NCBI GenBank assembly: GCA_964346655.1 | Contig: CAYFVP010000141.1 | Span: 5,362-69,361, forward strand | Direction of reading: 5' to 3' | Source of the DNA: an uncultured Thermoplasmatales archaeon | Lineage (GTDB): Archaea > Thermoplasmatota > E2 > DHVEG-1 | Length of the DNA stretch: 64,000 nt | Shown here: positions 37,743-47,823 of the stretch, one piece after another | How the letters are laid out: each line of letters begins with the position of its first letter | Position numbering within the stretch: position 1 is the stretch's first letter | Notes under the pieces: model-generated | What the model was told of the DNA's origin: nothing | Seen by the model: only the letters and a program-made list of their open reading frames with translations | Database searches by the model: none | Translations under genes and position numbers: made by a program

Positions 37743-39761
37743 TTATTTTTTAGTAGGTTTTTTAGCGTCACAATCAGAATTTAAGCAGAGCTCCCAAGCT
37801 TTTTTTCCTTTAGATTTAATTTTAACAATAGGAGTTTTACATTGTTTACAGGTCTTATCTGTTACAAAAATAGTTCCCTTCTGGGGAAGAGAATAGGTAT
37901 TCTTACATGATGGAAAACCACTACATCCAACAAATCTTTTATTATTTTTAGAAGTTCTTATAATCAATGTTTTTCCACATTTTGGGCATTTTCCAACTGT
38001 ATTTTCCTCTTTTTCGGCATTTTTAATACTAAGTCTAATTTTTTCCTTATCTTTTTCCAATGTTTTTACTACATTAGTAAGCATTTTTCTTGATTCATTT
38101 ACGGTTTCATTAAGAGTTTTTTTACCCTCAGATATTAAATCCATATCTTTTTCAAGAGTTGCAGTCATCTTTGGTTTTACGACATCATAGTTTCCAAGGG
38201 CTTCAATTACTGCAAATGCAGTTGGAGTTGGTGCAAAGGGTGAAAGTGTGATATATTTTCTATGATACAATTTGTTTATTATTTCATGACGTGTAGATTT
38301 TGTTCCAAGAGAAAGCTGTTCCATTTTACCAATTAAAGAACCCTGTGTATACCTCTTTGGTGGCCTTGTTTGATCCTTTATTAAATTAATCTTGACTACA
38401 TCTATTTTTTCCCCTCCAATTAGCTCTGGTAACGGTGTTCTTTTTTCCGTAATATAGGTATAGATATCCCTCCAGTTTGGTTCAATTAATCTGTAACCAT
38501 TAGCTTTGAATTCTTCACCAGCTATATCAAATGAAACATCCATAGTTTCAGAAATTGCATCTTTTGCAAGGGTTGCTAAAAACCTTCTACAGATTAATTC
38601 ATAAATCCTTTCTTGAGGAGTATTTAGTTTAATGCTTTTTGGAATACCCACTGGATGTATAGGTGGATGGTCAGTTGCTATTTTTTTCCCCCTTGTTGGA
38701 TACAACCGGCCATTTTTTATTACCATATTTGCCTCTTTAGAAAAATTAGAAATCGCAAGTTTTTCAACTATTGCTTTTAGATTAATTGATGGTGGATAAA
38801 CAGTATTGTCGGTTCTGGGATATGAAATTAAACCCTGCATATATAGTTCTTCGGCAATGCTCATTGCATTTGCAGCAGAAAAACCGATGTAAGATGCAGA
38901 TTCTAAGAAAGTTGTTGTGTTAAAAGGAGTTGGAGGAAGCTCTTTTTGCCTCTTTTTTTCAACCTTTTTAACGGTTGCTACTTTTGAATCTTTAACCTTT
39001 TTAAAAATTTCCTCTGCCTTGTTTTCATCCCAAATCTGTCCTTCTTTATGAGTTGCATCAAAAGATTCATCTTTTTTTAGAGTAGCAATAATTTTCCAAA
39101 ACGTTTTTGGTACAAAATTTTTGATTTCTTTTTCTCTTTCAACCAGTAAAGCAAGAGTGGGAGATTGTACTCTGCCAATAGATAAAAAATCCTTTCCGTA
39201 TCTATGAGAAGTAAGCGATATAAAACGTGTAAGTACTGCTCCCCAAATTAGATCAATTATTTGACGAGATTCTCCAGCACTTGATAGATTATAATCAACT
39301 TCTACAAGTTTATTAAATGCAGTTTTAATTTCTTGATTTGTAATTGCACTAAATCTTGCTCGTTTTATTTGATTAATTTCTTTATTATATTCTTTTAAAA
39401 GATTAATTACCTCAACACCAATTAATTCTCCTTCTCTATCAAAATCGGTAGCAACTATTAAAAATGGGTTTTTTTCAACAAGTAATTTCAATGCAATCGC
39501 AATTGTTTTTTCGTTTACCTTTTTATAGGGTTCTACATCAATTAATTTAATCGGCTCAACTTCATTCCATTTATTGAAACCTGGTGGAAAATCAAGATTT
39601 AATATATGACCTTTTAAACCTACTATCTTCCAAAAATCTTTATCCTTTGTAAACTCATATATAGGTATCTTACCAAGTCTTGTACTTTTTGCTTTTCCTT
39701 CAGATAGTATATATGAAATCCTTCTTGCAGAAATGTTTTTTTCGCAGATAACTAAATACAT
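37743..39761 (-). CDS. topA: type IA DNA topoisomerase (TopA/Topo III-like) with C-terminal zinc ribbons
   Basis: Toprim N-terminus MYLVICEKNISARRI, a PYPRTD-like active-site tyrosine region, and C-terminal CPKCGK...CSGFPSCKN. Confidence 0.8.
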   Translation of the reverse strand: MYLVICEKNISARRISYILSEGKAKSTRLGKIPIYEFTKDKDFWKIVGLKGHILNLDFPPGFNKWNEVEPIKLIDVEPYKKVNEKTIAIALKLLVEKNPFLIVATDFDREGELIGVEVINLLKEYNKEINQIKRARFSAITNQEIKTAFNKLVEVDYNLSSAGESRQIIDLIWGAVLTRFISLTSHRYGKDFLSIGRVQSPTLALLVEREKEIKNFVPKTFWKIIATLKKDESFDATHKEGQIWDENKAEEIFKKVKDSKVATVKKVEKKRQKELPPTPFNTTTFLESASYIGFSAANAMSIAEELYMQGLISYPRTDNTVYPPSINLKAIVEKLAISNFSKEANMVIKNGRLYPTRGKKIATDHPPIHPVGIPKSIKLNTPQERIYELICRRFLATLAKDAISETMDVSFDIAGEEFKANGYRLIEPNWRDIYTYITEKRTPLPELIGGEKIDVVKINLIKDQTRPPKRYTQGSLIGKMEQLSLGTKSTRHEIINKLYHRKYITLSPFAPTPTAFAVIEALGNYDVVKPKMTATLEKDMDLISEGKKTLNETVNESRKMLTNVVKTLEKDKEKIRLSIKNAEKEENTVGKCPKCGKTLIIRTSKNNKRFVGCSGFPSCKNTYSLPQKGTIFVTDKTCKQCKTPIVKIKSKGKKAWELCLNSDCDAKKPTKK

Positions 39762-39877
39762 TTCTATTCCATTTTTATTTTGGACCTAACATAAGAATCC
39801 TATATAATTATTTTACGATGAATGCTTTTAGGTCGAAACAATTAATTAATATTTGGTATTACCCAGAATTGATAAGA

Positions 39878-40324
39878 ATGAAAATTCAAATAATACTAGG
39901 ATCTAAATCAGATATGCCTGTTGCAGATAAGGCAATTAAAATTTTTGATGATTTTAGTATTAAATATGATATCAAGATTGCATCTGCTCATCGGACACCT
40001 GATTTCTTAAAAGATCTTGTTGAAAAATGTAATGCAGATGTTTTTATTGGTATTGCAGGTCTTTCTGCTGCACTTCCTGGGGCAATTGCAGCTCATACAA
40101 TAAAACCTGTAATAGGAGTTCCTGTTAGTGGTAAAGTAAATTTTGATGCAATTCTATCGATTGTTCAAATGCCGCCGGGTATTCCGGTTGGCGCTGTGGG
40201 CTTAGATAGGGCTGATAATGCAGCTCTGCTTGCAATAGAAATATTGGCAATAAATAATAACGTTTTAACAAAAAAATTAGAAGATTATAGAAAGAAAATG
40301 AGAGAAAAGGTTCTCTCAAAATAG
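39878..40324 (+). CDS. purE: N5-carboxyaminoimidazole ribonucleotide mutase
   Basis: MKIQIILGSKSD...SAHRTPD...GIAGLSAALPG core; start taken at the internal Met of the longer track ORF. Confidence 0.85.
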   Translation: MKIQIILGSKSDMPVADKAIKIFDDFSIKYDIKIASAHRTPDFLKDLVEKCNADVFIGIAGLSAALPGAIAAHTIKPVIGVPVSGKVNFDAILSIVQMPPGIPVGAVGLDRADNAALLAIEILAINNNVLTKKLEDYRKKMREKVLSK

Positions 40325-40333
40325 TGATATAGA

Positions 40334-41281
40334 ATGTTTAATGCTGAAAAATTCATAAAAGAAACAGTAGAAAAATTAAAAAAATCTGTTGATGGTAAAG
40401 CATTAATTGCTTTTTCAGGAGGGGTTGATAGTACTGTTTGTGCAGCTCTTGTCAACAAGGCGATTGGAAAACAACTTGTCGCAGTTCATGTTGACACTGG
40501 ATATATGCGAAAAAATGAATCAAAAAATGTTAAAAAACTAATGGAAAATATGGATCTTAATTATCGTTTTATTGATGCAAGTAATGAATTCTTTGCTGCT
40601 TTAAAGGGTATTGAGGATCCTGAGAAAAAACGGAAAATCATAGGTGAAAAGTTTATAAGAATCTTTGAAAAAGTTGCTGATGATGAAGATATTGAGTTTC
40701 TAGTTCAGGGTACTATTGCTCCAGATTGGATTGAATCTGGTGGTGAGTTAAGAGATACAATAAAATCACATCATAATGTTGGTGGACTTCCAGAATTTAT
40801 GAGATTGAAACTTGTTGAACCTCTTCGTGATCTTTATAAAGACGAAGTACGAAAAATTGCAAGAATATTAAATTTGCCAGTCTCTGAAAGACAGCCATTT
40901 CCAGGTCCAGGCCTTGCTATTAGAATTGTTGGGGAAGCAACTTTCGATAGAACTGAAATTGTTAGAGAGGCTTGTTATATTGTTGAAAGAGAAATTGAAT
41001 CAGCAGTTGAAAAAGGCCTAATGGAAAAACCATGGCAATATTTTGCAGTTCTTCTTCCTGTTAAATCTGTTGGAGTACACGGTGATAAAAGAGCATATGG
41101 ATATGTAATTGCAATTCGTGCTGTTCATAGTATTGATGCTATGACATGTGCTTTTAGTAAGATTCCAAATGATGTAATTGATAGTATCTCTTCTAAAATC
41201 ACAAATACTCTTAAAGATAAGGTTAATCGAGTTGTCTATGATATAACCAATAAACCACCTGGAACTGTTGAATGGGAATAA
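40334..41281 (+). CDS. guaAB: GMP synthase subunit B (ATP pyrophosphatase domain)
   Basis: LIAFSGGVDSTV PP-loop and the C-terminal GMP-synthase dimerisation domain ending PGTVEWE. Confidence 0.85.
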   Translation: MFNAEKFIKETVEKLKKSVDGKALIAFSGGVDSTVCAALVNKAIGKQLVAVHVDTGYMRKNESKNVKKLMENMDLNYRFIDASNEFFAALKGIEDPEKKRKIIGEKFIRIFEKVADDEDIEFLVQGTIAPDWIESGGELRDTIKSHHNVGGLPEFMRLKLVEPLRDLYKDEVRKIARILNLPVSERQPFPGPGLAIRIVGEATFDRTEIVREACYIVEREIESAVEKGLMEKPWQYFAVLLPVKSVGVHGDKRAYGYVIAIRAVHSIDAMTCAFSKIPNDVIDSISSKITNTLKDKVNRVVYDITNKPPGTVEWE

Positions 41282-41282
41282 T

Positions 41283-41855
41283 ATGGCAAAAATATTTGTC
41301 GTTGATAATGGAGGACAATGGACTCATAAAGAATGGAGGACTCTAAGGGATCTTGAGGTTGAAACAAAAATTGTTCCAAATACTACAGCTTTTGATGACA
41401 TTTTTAAAGAGGATCTCAATGGATTAGTTCTATCAGGTGGGGCGCCAAGAGTGGGCCTTGATGATGAGCTTGGAAATTCTGGAGAATATCTTAAAAAAGC
41501 AGACATTCCTATCTTAGGAATTTGTGCCGGCCATCAGTTTATGGCTAGGTTTTTTGGAGGAAAAGTAACAGAATCAAAGATTCCTGAATTTGGAAAAATT
41601 GAACTAACAATTTTAAAACAAAATGAAATATTTAACAAAGTTCCTAAAAAATCTATTGTTTGGCTATCACATAATGATGAAGTATCAAAACTCCCAAACG
41701 ATTTTGAATTACTTGCCAGTAGTGAAAATTGTAAGGTTCAAGCAATGAAACATAAAAATAATCTATATTATGGTCTGCAGTTTCATCCTGAAGTAGAGCA
41801 TACAGAGTTTGGTAAACAAATCTTTAAAAATTTTGTAGAAATCTGTGAAAAATAG
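41283..41855 (+). CDS. guaAA: GMP synthase subunit A (class I glutamine amidotransferase)
   Basis: ILGICAGHQ catalytic Cys motif and LQFHPEVEHT; start taken at Met6 of the track ORF. Confidence 0.8.
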   Translation: MAKIFVVDNGGQWTHKEWRTLRDLEVETKIVPNTTAFDDIFKEDLNGLVLSGGAPRVGLDDELGNSGEYLKKADIPILGICAGHQFMARFFGGKVTESKIPEFGKIELTILKQNEIFNKVPKKSIVWLSHNDEVSKLPNDFELLASSENCKVQAMKHKNNLYYGLQFHPEVEHTEFGKQIFKNFVEICEK

Positions 41856-41862
41856 TTAAATT

Positions 41863-42546
41863 TTATTTTGATTTTAGGTAATTATACATTGTTCTTCCAT
41901 TTTCAAGCATTGCATGATTGTTATTAAAAAAAACATAGATTTTTTTAGGTTTATACTTCGATATTCTCTCCTTAATTTCCTTAAGTTCATTATTACTATA
42001 ATTATGTGAATACCAATGATTCCGTCCATGAATTCGTTCATATACAATTTCTCTACTCATAATTTTTGTCGGCAGTTTTGGCGCATCTACACTGACTAGT
42101 AACACACCTTGTTTTTTGCCCCACTTTATAGTTTCATCTGTAAACATATTAATATTACGGAACTCGAAAGCAATTTTTTTAGTTCCAAATTCTTCAATAA
42201 AATTTTGAACTAATTCTATATTTGTAAATTTTGGAGGAAGCTGAAACAAATAATAATGTATTGATTCTTCAAGGGGTGAAAATAGGGTTTTAAATCTATT
42301 AAAAATTGCATATGTATCTTTATTTAGTTTTTTAAGATGTGTTATCAAACGATTGACTTTAATAACCCATGCAAGGAGTTTACCTTTTTTTGCCCAAGCT
42401 TTAACCATGTTTGGAAAAGGAAATCTATAGTAACTCATATTGAGTTCAATTGCATTTAGTCCAGATTCATTTATGTACCAATCCAAGGAATTACCAAGAT
42501 TCCAGTTATATGACCATCCAGAGGTTCCTACAAAGAAATCAGGCAT
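41863..42546 (-). CDS. DUF72 (YecE-like) family protein
   Basis: FVGTSGWSY N-terminus typical of DUF72. Confidence 0.6.
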   Translation of the reverse strand: MPDFFVGTSGWSYNWNLGNSLDWYINESGLNAIELNMSYYRFPFPNMVKAWAKKGKLLAWVIKVNRLITHLKKLNKDTYAIFNRFKTLFSPLEESIHYYLFQLPPKFTNIELVQNFIEEFGTKKIAFEFRNINMFTDETIKWGKKQGVLLVSVDAPKLPTKIMSREIVYERIHGRNHWYSHNYSNNELKEIKERISKYKPKKIYVFFNNNHAMLENGRTMYNYLKSK

Positions 42547-42894
42547 ATATAAAAATAATACAAATTTTGCTACTTATCTTTTTTCAAACCATCTGCATTT
42601 ATCAGGACAACTCAAAAATTTATTTAATTTTTTAATTTTACAACTGGGCTGTTTTAATAAGCTCTGATTTATTTTGTTTTCACTAACAAAAAATGCATTT
42701 TTCCAATTAAAATGTTTACAATTAGTGTTTACATGCATAAAAATTAAACAGGCAAATATTATTTATTTTTTTCGTTAATTGCCGAAACATTAATAGGTAA
42801 ATTTAATAAATATAAGCATGATTAAAAGACGGGTTGAGGAAAGGATCGTTGGGGTTAAAATCCAATATGGGATGGTTCACCTCCCCTCTGACCC

Positions 42895-43470
42895 CTAAGA
42901 CCATCTTTTAAAAAGATTACTTTTTATTTTTAACTGATCAAGTATTTTTCCAACAATGAAATTTATTAAATCTTCAATTTTATCTGGTTTATAATAAAAA
43001 CCTGGCATTGCAGGTAATATAGTTGCACCAGCTTGTTTTGCAGAAAGCATGTTTTTAATTGCAATTAAATCTAAAGGAGTTTCCCGAATAATCAGAATCA
43101 AATTTTTTTCTTCTTTTAAAATGCAAGTTGCAGCTCTAGAAATAAGAGTATCTGCATAACCATTTGCCACAGAAGATAATGACTTTAAACTGCATGGAGC
43201 AATAACCATTGCATCAAATAAAAAAGAACCACTTGCGGGGGCTGCGGATAGATCGTTATTTTCATAAAAATAATCTGCTTTTTCTTTTAATTCTTGAAAT
43301 TTGTAATTTGTTTCATGTGCAATGATTTTTTTAGCACCTTCTGAAATAATTAAATGAACTTGAACATGTGCTTTTTTGAGTTCTTCAAGAAGTCTAATCC
43401 CATAGATACTACCAGATGCACCAGTTATACCAATTAATATTTTCATATTAAATCTAGTCCTTAATTGCAC
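42895..43470 (-). CDS. ubiX: UbiX-family flavin prenyltransferase
   Basis: MKILIGITGASGSIYGIRLLEEL N-terminus and the flavoprotein fold (HFCD family). Confidence 0.8.
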   Translation of the reverse strand: MQLRTRFNMKILIGITGASGSIYGIRLLEELKKAHVQVHLIISEGAKKIIAHETNYKFQELKEKADYFYENNDLSAAPASGSFLFDAMVIAPCSLKSLSSVANGYADTLISRAATCILKEEKNLILIIRETPLDLIAIKNMLSAKQAGATILPAMPGFYYKPDKIEDLINFIVGKILDQLKIKSNLFKRWS

Positions 43471-44257
43471 TTATTATTTTACCTAATACCTTTTTTAAAT
43501 TTTTTTCTTGTTCTAGTTTGGTGCCAGTTACAACAATATCTGCTCCAGCCTTTACTTTTTGTCTTGCTGTTTTTGCATTGGTAATTCCTCCTCCAACAAT
43601 TAGAGGTATGTCAATGCTATTTTTTACAGCAGTAATCATTTCATCAGGTACAGGATAAGGTGAGCCAGAGCCTGCTTCTAAATAAAAAAAGTTCATACCA
43701 AGATACTGAGCTGCCAATGCATAATTAACAGCAGATTCAAAATCCCCTTTTTTAATAAGATCAACTTCACCAACTTTACCTGCAGTCATTCCAGGCTCAA
43801 CAATTACATAACCCATCGATATAGGTTCAATACCTGTATTTTTGACAAAAGGTGCACCTTTTACATGTTCACGGATCACAAAACTAGGATTTCGGGAGTT
43901 GAGCAGGCTCATAAAAAATATTGCGTCAGCGTATTTACTTATAAATTTTGCACCAGATGGAAATAATATTACAGGAAGGTTAGACTGCTTTTTTATTTCT
44001 TTGACTGTTTCATCTACTTGTTCCTGTGAAAGTAGAGTCGAACCACCTACCATTATTGCACTACTCCCTACTTCTTCAGCAGTTTTTGCAATTGAACCAG
44101 CAACCTTTGGTTCTTGTTTATCTGGGTCAAGCAAAGAAAAATGAAGCTTTTTTTTTCTACTCATATTAGTAAAATTTTTTGCTATCGACATTTCACCTGA
44201 AATAAATCTTCTATATATTAAATATTTATGTAAAAAATTAATACAAATAAACAGCAT
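43454..44257 (-). CDS. geranylgeranylglyceryl phosphate synthase (GGGPS/PcrB family)
   Basis: KKLHFSLLDPDK...SAIMVGGS...PVILFPSG...EAGSGS...IPLIVGGGI motifs. The true start is probably the internal MSIAKNF (about 44191), the first 22 codons being non-native looking. Confidence 0.8.
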   Translation of the reverse strand: MLFICINFLHKYLIYRRFISGEMSIAKNFTNMSRKKKLHFSLLDPDKQEPKVAGSIAKTAEEVGSSAIMVGGSTLLSQEQVDETVKEIKKQSNLPVILFPSGAKFISKYADAIFFMSLLNSRNPSFVIREHVKGAPFVKNTGIEPISMGYVIVEPGMTAGKVGEVDLIKKGDFESAVNYALAAQYLGMNFFYLEAGSGSPYPVPDEMITAVKNSIDIPLIVGGGITNAKTARQKVKAGADIVVTGTKLEQEKNLKKVLGKIISAIKD

Positions 44258-44318
44258 TAATTAATAAAGCAAAATAAAATTAAAACAAAAATGATTAAGT
44301 GATTGGGGAAATAGAATT

Positions 44319-45080
44319 TTGACACATGATATAATAAACCCTAGCGCAACTGATGCAATAAAATTCATTGAAAGATATCATAAATCAAAACCTGATAAAA
44401 CCCTTCTATTAATTATTGGTAGCTGCTTAATCGATTATCGTGGAAGGGCTAGGTCTTTTCTTGATTGGGGTGAACGAATTATTATGATAAAACAAGATGG
44501 AGCAGTTCTTGTTCATCAGCCTGTTATGCGTGAACCTATAAACTGGCAGCCAACTGGCAGTAAAACTAAATACTATACAAAAGACAATCAGCTCATATTA
44601 AGATCACATCATATTAAACCACCTGAAAAAATGAAAATAACCTTCCGAAATATTAAGATACTTATAGTAACGAGCTTATTTGATAAGGCAAAATTAATAA
44701 TATCTGGAATGGAAACAGATGTTGTCAATGAAATAATAAATGATCCAGAAATAATAGAGGAAGGTTTACGTGTTTGTAAGAGAGAAAAACATGTAAAATC
44801 TGGAATGATAGACCTATATTGTTATGATAAATATCACGTCCCTGTAATTATAGAGGTAAAACGAAGTCTGGCAAATATTTCAGCAGTTCAACAACTAAGA
44901 ATGTATGTCAAAGATATCAAAAAAGATGTAGATACTGCAGATGTAAGAGGAATTTTATGTGCACCCCGTATCCCTGACATGGTAAAAAAACTACTATCTG
45001 ATTATGGACTGGAATGGAAAGAGGTAGAACGAAAAATTGTACTTCCAGATGATTTTCAAAAAACATTAAAAGAATTCTAA
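44319..45080 (+). CDS. nucS: endonuclease NucS (EndoMS)
   Basis: The LLLIIGSCLIDYRGRA N-domain and C-terminal RecB-like nuclease (IIEVKRS, ExK) match NucS. Confidence 0.75.
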   Translation: MTHDIINPSATDAIKFIERYHKSKPDKTLLLIIGSCLIDYRGRARSFLDWGERIIMIKQDGAVLVHQPVMREPINWQPTGSKTKYYTKDNQLILRSHHIKPPEKMKITFRNIKILIVTSLFDKAKLIISGMETDVVNEIINDPEIIEEGLRVCKREKHVKSGMIDLYCYDKYHVPVIIEVKRSLANISAVQQLRMYVKDIKKDVDTADVRGILCAPRIPDMVKKLLSDYGLEWKEVERKIVLPDDFQKTLKEF

Positions 45081-45255
45081 ATAAACACAGATTTTTTATA
45101 TGAAAAAATCATTTATTTTTTGGGGAGGTCTGGATAAGTAATAAGGGGGCATTAATCCCATCCGATTCCGCTTTTTCCAGACTTCTCTGAAAATAATTCT
45201 TTTTTTTTAAAAAATAAATATATATGAAAATCCTACAAATTAAAGATTTATTAAA

Positions 45256-46035
45256 TTAAGAAATAATGCTTTTAACTACTTCCTCGCTACAAGCAGCAAC
45301 AACACTACTTTTTTCATCCAAGTTAAAAGGTAGGTCAAGCTCTTTACCAAAAATATTTGTAACAATTCCACCAGCTTCCCTTAAAATCAAGGTTGATGCA
45401 GCAATATCAACCACACGAATATACTCTTTTCCAACAACATAAAAATCAAGAGCACCAATTGCTACCATACACATTTCAAGGGATGCTGAACCAAGGGATC
45501 TAACTTTATCCTTCTTTGCAAGTTTGATTGTCAATCTATCGTAATTTTTCCCAAGAGCAAGAGAAGAAAGAGGTTCATTGTCAGGAACTTCTGGAACACC
45601 TATCCTTTTCCTATTAAAAAATGCACCACGGCCCTTTTCAGCAATAAATGTATCACCTGTTGGAACATTTTTGACAATTCCGTACTCCACATCACTCATT
45701 TTTGATTTACCAATAGCAATGGAAACAGAAAAAAAGGGTATACCTCGATATGCATTTCTAGTACCGTCAATAGGATCTAGTACAAATGTATATTTACCTT
45801 TATTATCCAAAAATCCAATCTCTTCACTTAAAATATTTATTTTTAATTTAGACCTATTTAAAAAATTAATTGCTGCATCTTCAGCTATTTTATCAACATA
45901 TTTTGTAACAGTTCCATCTGCACCAATTCCAACGTTACTACCAAACCTGTAAAAATCTGTTGACTGAATCTTTTTTATTTTTCTGGATACAACATCAGCA
46001 CATTTTTGCGCAAGTAATTTTAATTCTTCATCCAT
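45256..46035 (-). CDS. inositol monophosphatase / fructose-1,6-bisphosphatase family protein
   Basis: VLDPIDGT and WDxAA-like motifs of the IMPase superfamily. Confidence 0.75.
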   Translation of the reverse strand: MDEELKLLAQKCADVVSRKIKKIQSTDFYRFGSNVGIGADGTVTKYVDKIAEDAAINFLNRSKLKINILSEEIGFLDNKGKYTFVLDPIDGTRNAYRGIPFFSVSIAIGKSKMSDVEYGIVKNVPTGDTFIAEKGRGAFFNRKRIGVPEVPDNEPLSSLALGKNYDRLTIKLAKKDKVRSLGSASLEMCMVAIGALDFYVVGKEYIRVVDIAASTLILREAGGIVTNIFGKELDLPFNLDEKSSVVAACSEEVVKSIIS

Positions 46036-46051
46036 AAAAAAACCTGCTCAT

Positions 46052-46534
46052 CTAACTAAATTCAAATCCAAAAATATTTCCCAAAGTTAACGTAATTATA
46101 ATCATAACAATTGCAGCAATAATAATACCAACAAAAATTGTAAATAAGGACTTTGAAAATTTAAGATCAAATAAATAGGCAATAAGAGCACCAGTCCAAG
46201 CGCCAGTAAAAGGGAGTGGAATTGCAACAAATAAAAGCAATCCAAGATGCTCATATCTTCTAATTTTACTATCGGCTCTAGCTCTAGTTTTTGCAAATAA
46301 TTTATCCATAATATCTCTCCAAAACTTATAATTTCTTAAAAACTTCTCAATGTATTTAAAAAATAATAAAATAATAGGAATAGGTAATATATTTCCAATA
46401 ATTGCTAAGGGAAAAGCATTCCACCAATTCCAACCTAAACCTAACATTGCATATGAAATAACATACCTTGATTCAAGCCAAGGTATCATTGAACCAAAAA
46501 AAATCTGAAACCAATCTGGAAACATCTCAAGCAT
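46052..46534 (-). CDS. small membrane protein (COG2426-like putative small multidrug export protein)
   Basis: Four predicted TM helices; weak family resemblance. Confidence 0.35.
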   Translation of the reverse strand: MLEMFPDWFQIFFGSMIPWLESRYVISYAMLGLGWNWWNAFPLAIIGNILPIPIILLFFKYIEKFLRNYKFWRDIMDKLFAKTRARADSKIRRYEHLGLLLFVAIPLPFTGAWTGALIAYLFDLKFSKSLFTIFVGIIIAAIVMIIITLTLGNIFGFEFS

Positions 46535-46539
46535 TTTTA

Positions 46540-47823
46540 TTAATCTCCGACAAAATTACCAAAACCCTGTTTAACCTGGATTTCACCTTCATCTATAAGT
46601 TTTATGCCTCTAACAAAAACAGTAGATGGAAAAATAGCCTTCCAGTCCTCAAAAGGAGTCCATCCACATTTTGAATGAAGATTATCTGATCTAATTCTTG
46701 TTTCTTCTTTTAGGTCAATTACAATTAAATCTGCGTCATTACCAACTTCAATTGCTCCCTTGGATATATTAAAAAGAGAAGCAGGTCTTCTACATACTAA
46801 AGAGTTTAAATTTTGAAATGAAATAAATTCTTTTTTTACCAAAAATAAAAACAATGGATATAATGTTTCAACACCAGGAACACCAGATGGAGCGCTATTA
46901 AAATCAGCATCTTTTTCTTCTTTGGTATGAGGCGCATGATCTGATTCTAAAATATCTATAGTTCCGCTAATAAGAGAATTAAATAAAGCTTCTTTATCAA
47001 AACTTGACCTTATAGGAGGATTAACCTTATAAAAGACCTGAGCACCTTTAATTTTTTCAATACTTATAAGTGAATGATGAGGTGTTACTCCAAAAGAAAA
47101 ATTATTAGGTTTATTTTTTAATATTTCAAGTCCCTCAAGAGAAGAAAGATGACATATATGAACCTTTAATTTTAGATTATTTGATGCAAGAAATACATCT
47201 TTTATTGAGGTTTCTTCACAGATAGAGGGGCGATAATGTAAATGATCAACAATATTTTTCTCAACTCCTTTATTTTGCAGAAGTAAGGTCTTATCTTCAG
47301 CGTGAAATAAAACCGGTTTTTCTGATATTGAAATTTTTTGTAAAGCGGACCTTAACTTCGTTTTATCAAGTACAAGAGCCTCTGAGGTACTTCCAAGGTA
47401 AATTTTAAATCCATTACATTTTTTTGAAAGTTTTTCAATAAGGTTTATATTATCATTTGTAACTCCAGAATAAATACCAAAATCAACATATGATTTTTTA
47501 CTGGCAATAGAAATTTTATCTGTTAAATTATTTAATGTAGTTGTTTGAGGAATTGTATTGGGCATATCAAAAACACAGGATATTCCTCCATATAAAGCTG
47601 AAATAGATCCTGATGAAAAATCTTCTTTATGAGTCAATCCTGGATCACGAAAATGAACATGTATATCAATTCCAGCAGGAAGAATTAATCGATTTTTAAA
47701 AGTTAAGTGCTCATCGCCCTTTAAAATTTTCTTAATTTCGGTAATTTTTCCGTTATTTATTCCAATGCAGCAGTCTTCAAATACATTATTAATAAATGCC
47801 TTACCTTCAATTGTCAGATCCAT
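46540..47823 (-). CDS. pyrC: dihydroorotase (amidohydrolase superfamily)
   Basis: DIHVHFRDPG metal-binding HxH motif, then a downstream Asp in DHAPH. Confidence 0.75.
   Translation of the reverse strand: MDLTIEGKAFINNVFEDCCIGINNGKITEIKKILKGDEHLTFKNRLILPAGIDIHVHFRDPGLTHKEDFSSGSISALYGGISCVFDMPNTIPQTTTLNNLTDKISIASKKSYVDFGIYSGVTNDNINLIEKLSKKCNGFKIYLGSTSEALVLDKTKLRSALQKISISEKPVLFHAEDKTLLLQNKGVEKNIVDHLHYRPSICEETSIKDVFLASNNLKLKVHICHLSSLEGLEILKNKPNNFSFGVTPHHSLISIEKIKGAQVFYKVNPPIRSSFDKEALFNSLISGTIDILESDHAPHTKEEKDADFNSAPSGVPGVETLYPLFLFLVKKEFISFQNLNSLVCRRPASLFNISKGAIEVGNDADLIVIDLKEETRIRSDNLHSKCGWTPFEDWKAIFPSTVFVRGIKLIDEGEIQVKQGFGNFVGD

Noticed and set aside
42829-42896. Attempted to call the GC-rich island as a tRNA gene
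   Set aside because: No 7-bp acceptor stem with matching D-, anticodon- and T-arms could be built on either strand, and there is no TTCRA T-loop in a 5-bp stem. Kept only as an ncRNA candidate in the findings.
43454-44257. Possible internal stop/frame inconsistency when hand-translating the first 22 codons of the GGGPS ORF
   Set aside because: This most likely reflects my own manual reading error over a TA-rich stretch. The ORF track gives a continuous frame. Either way the biologically sensible start is the internal Met (MSIAKNF), so no pseudogene call was made.
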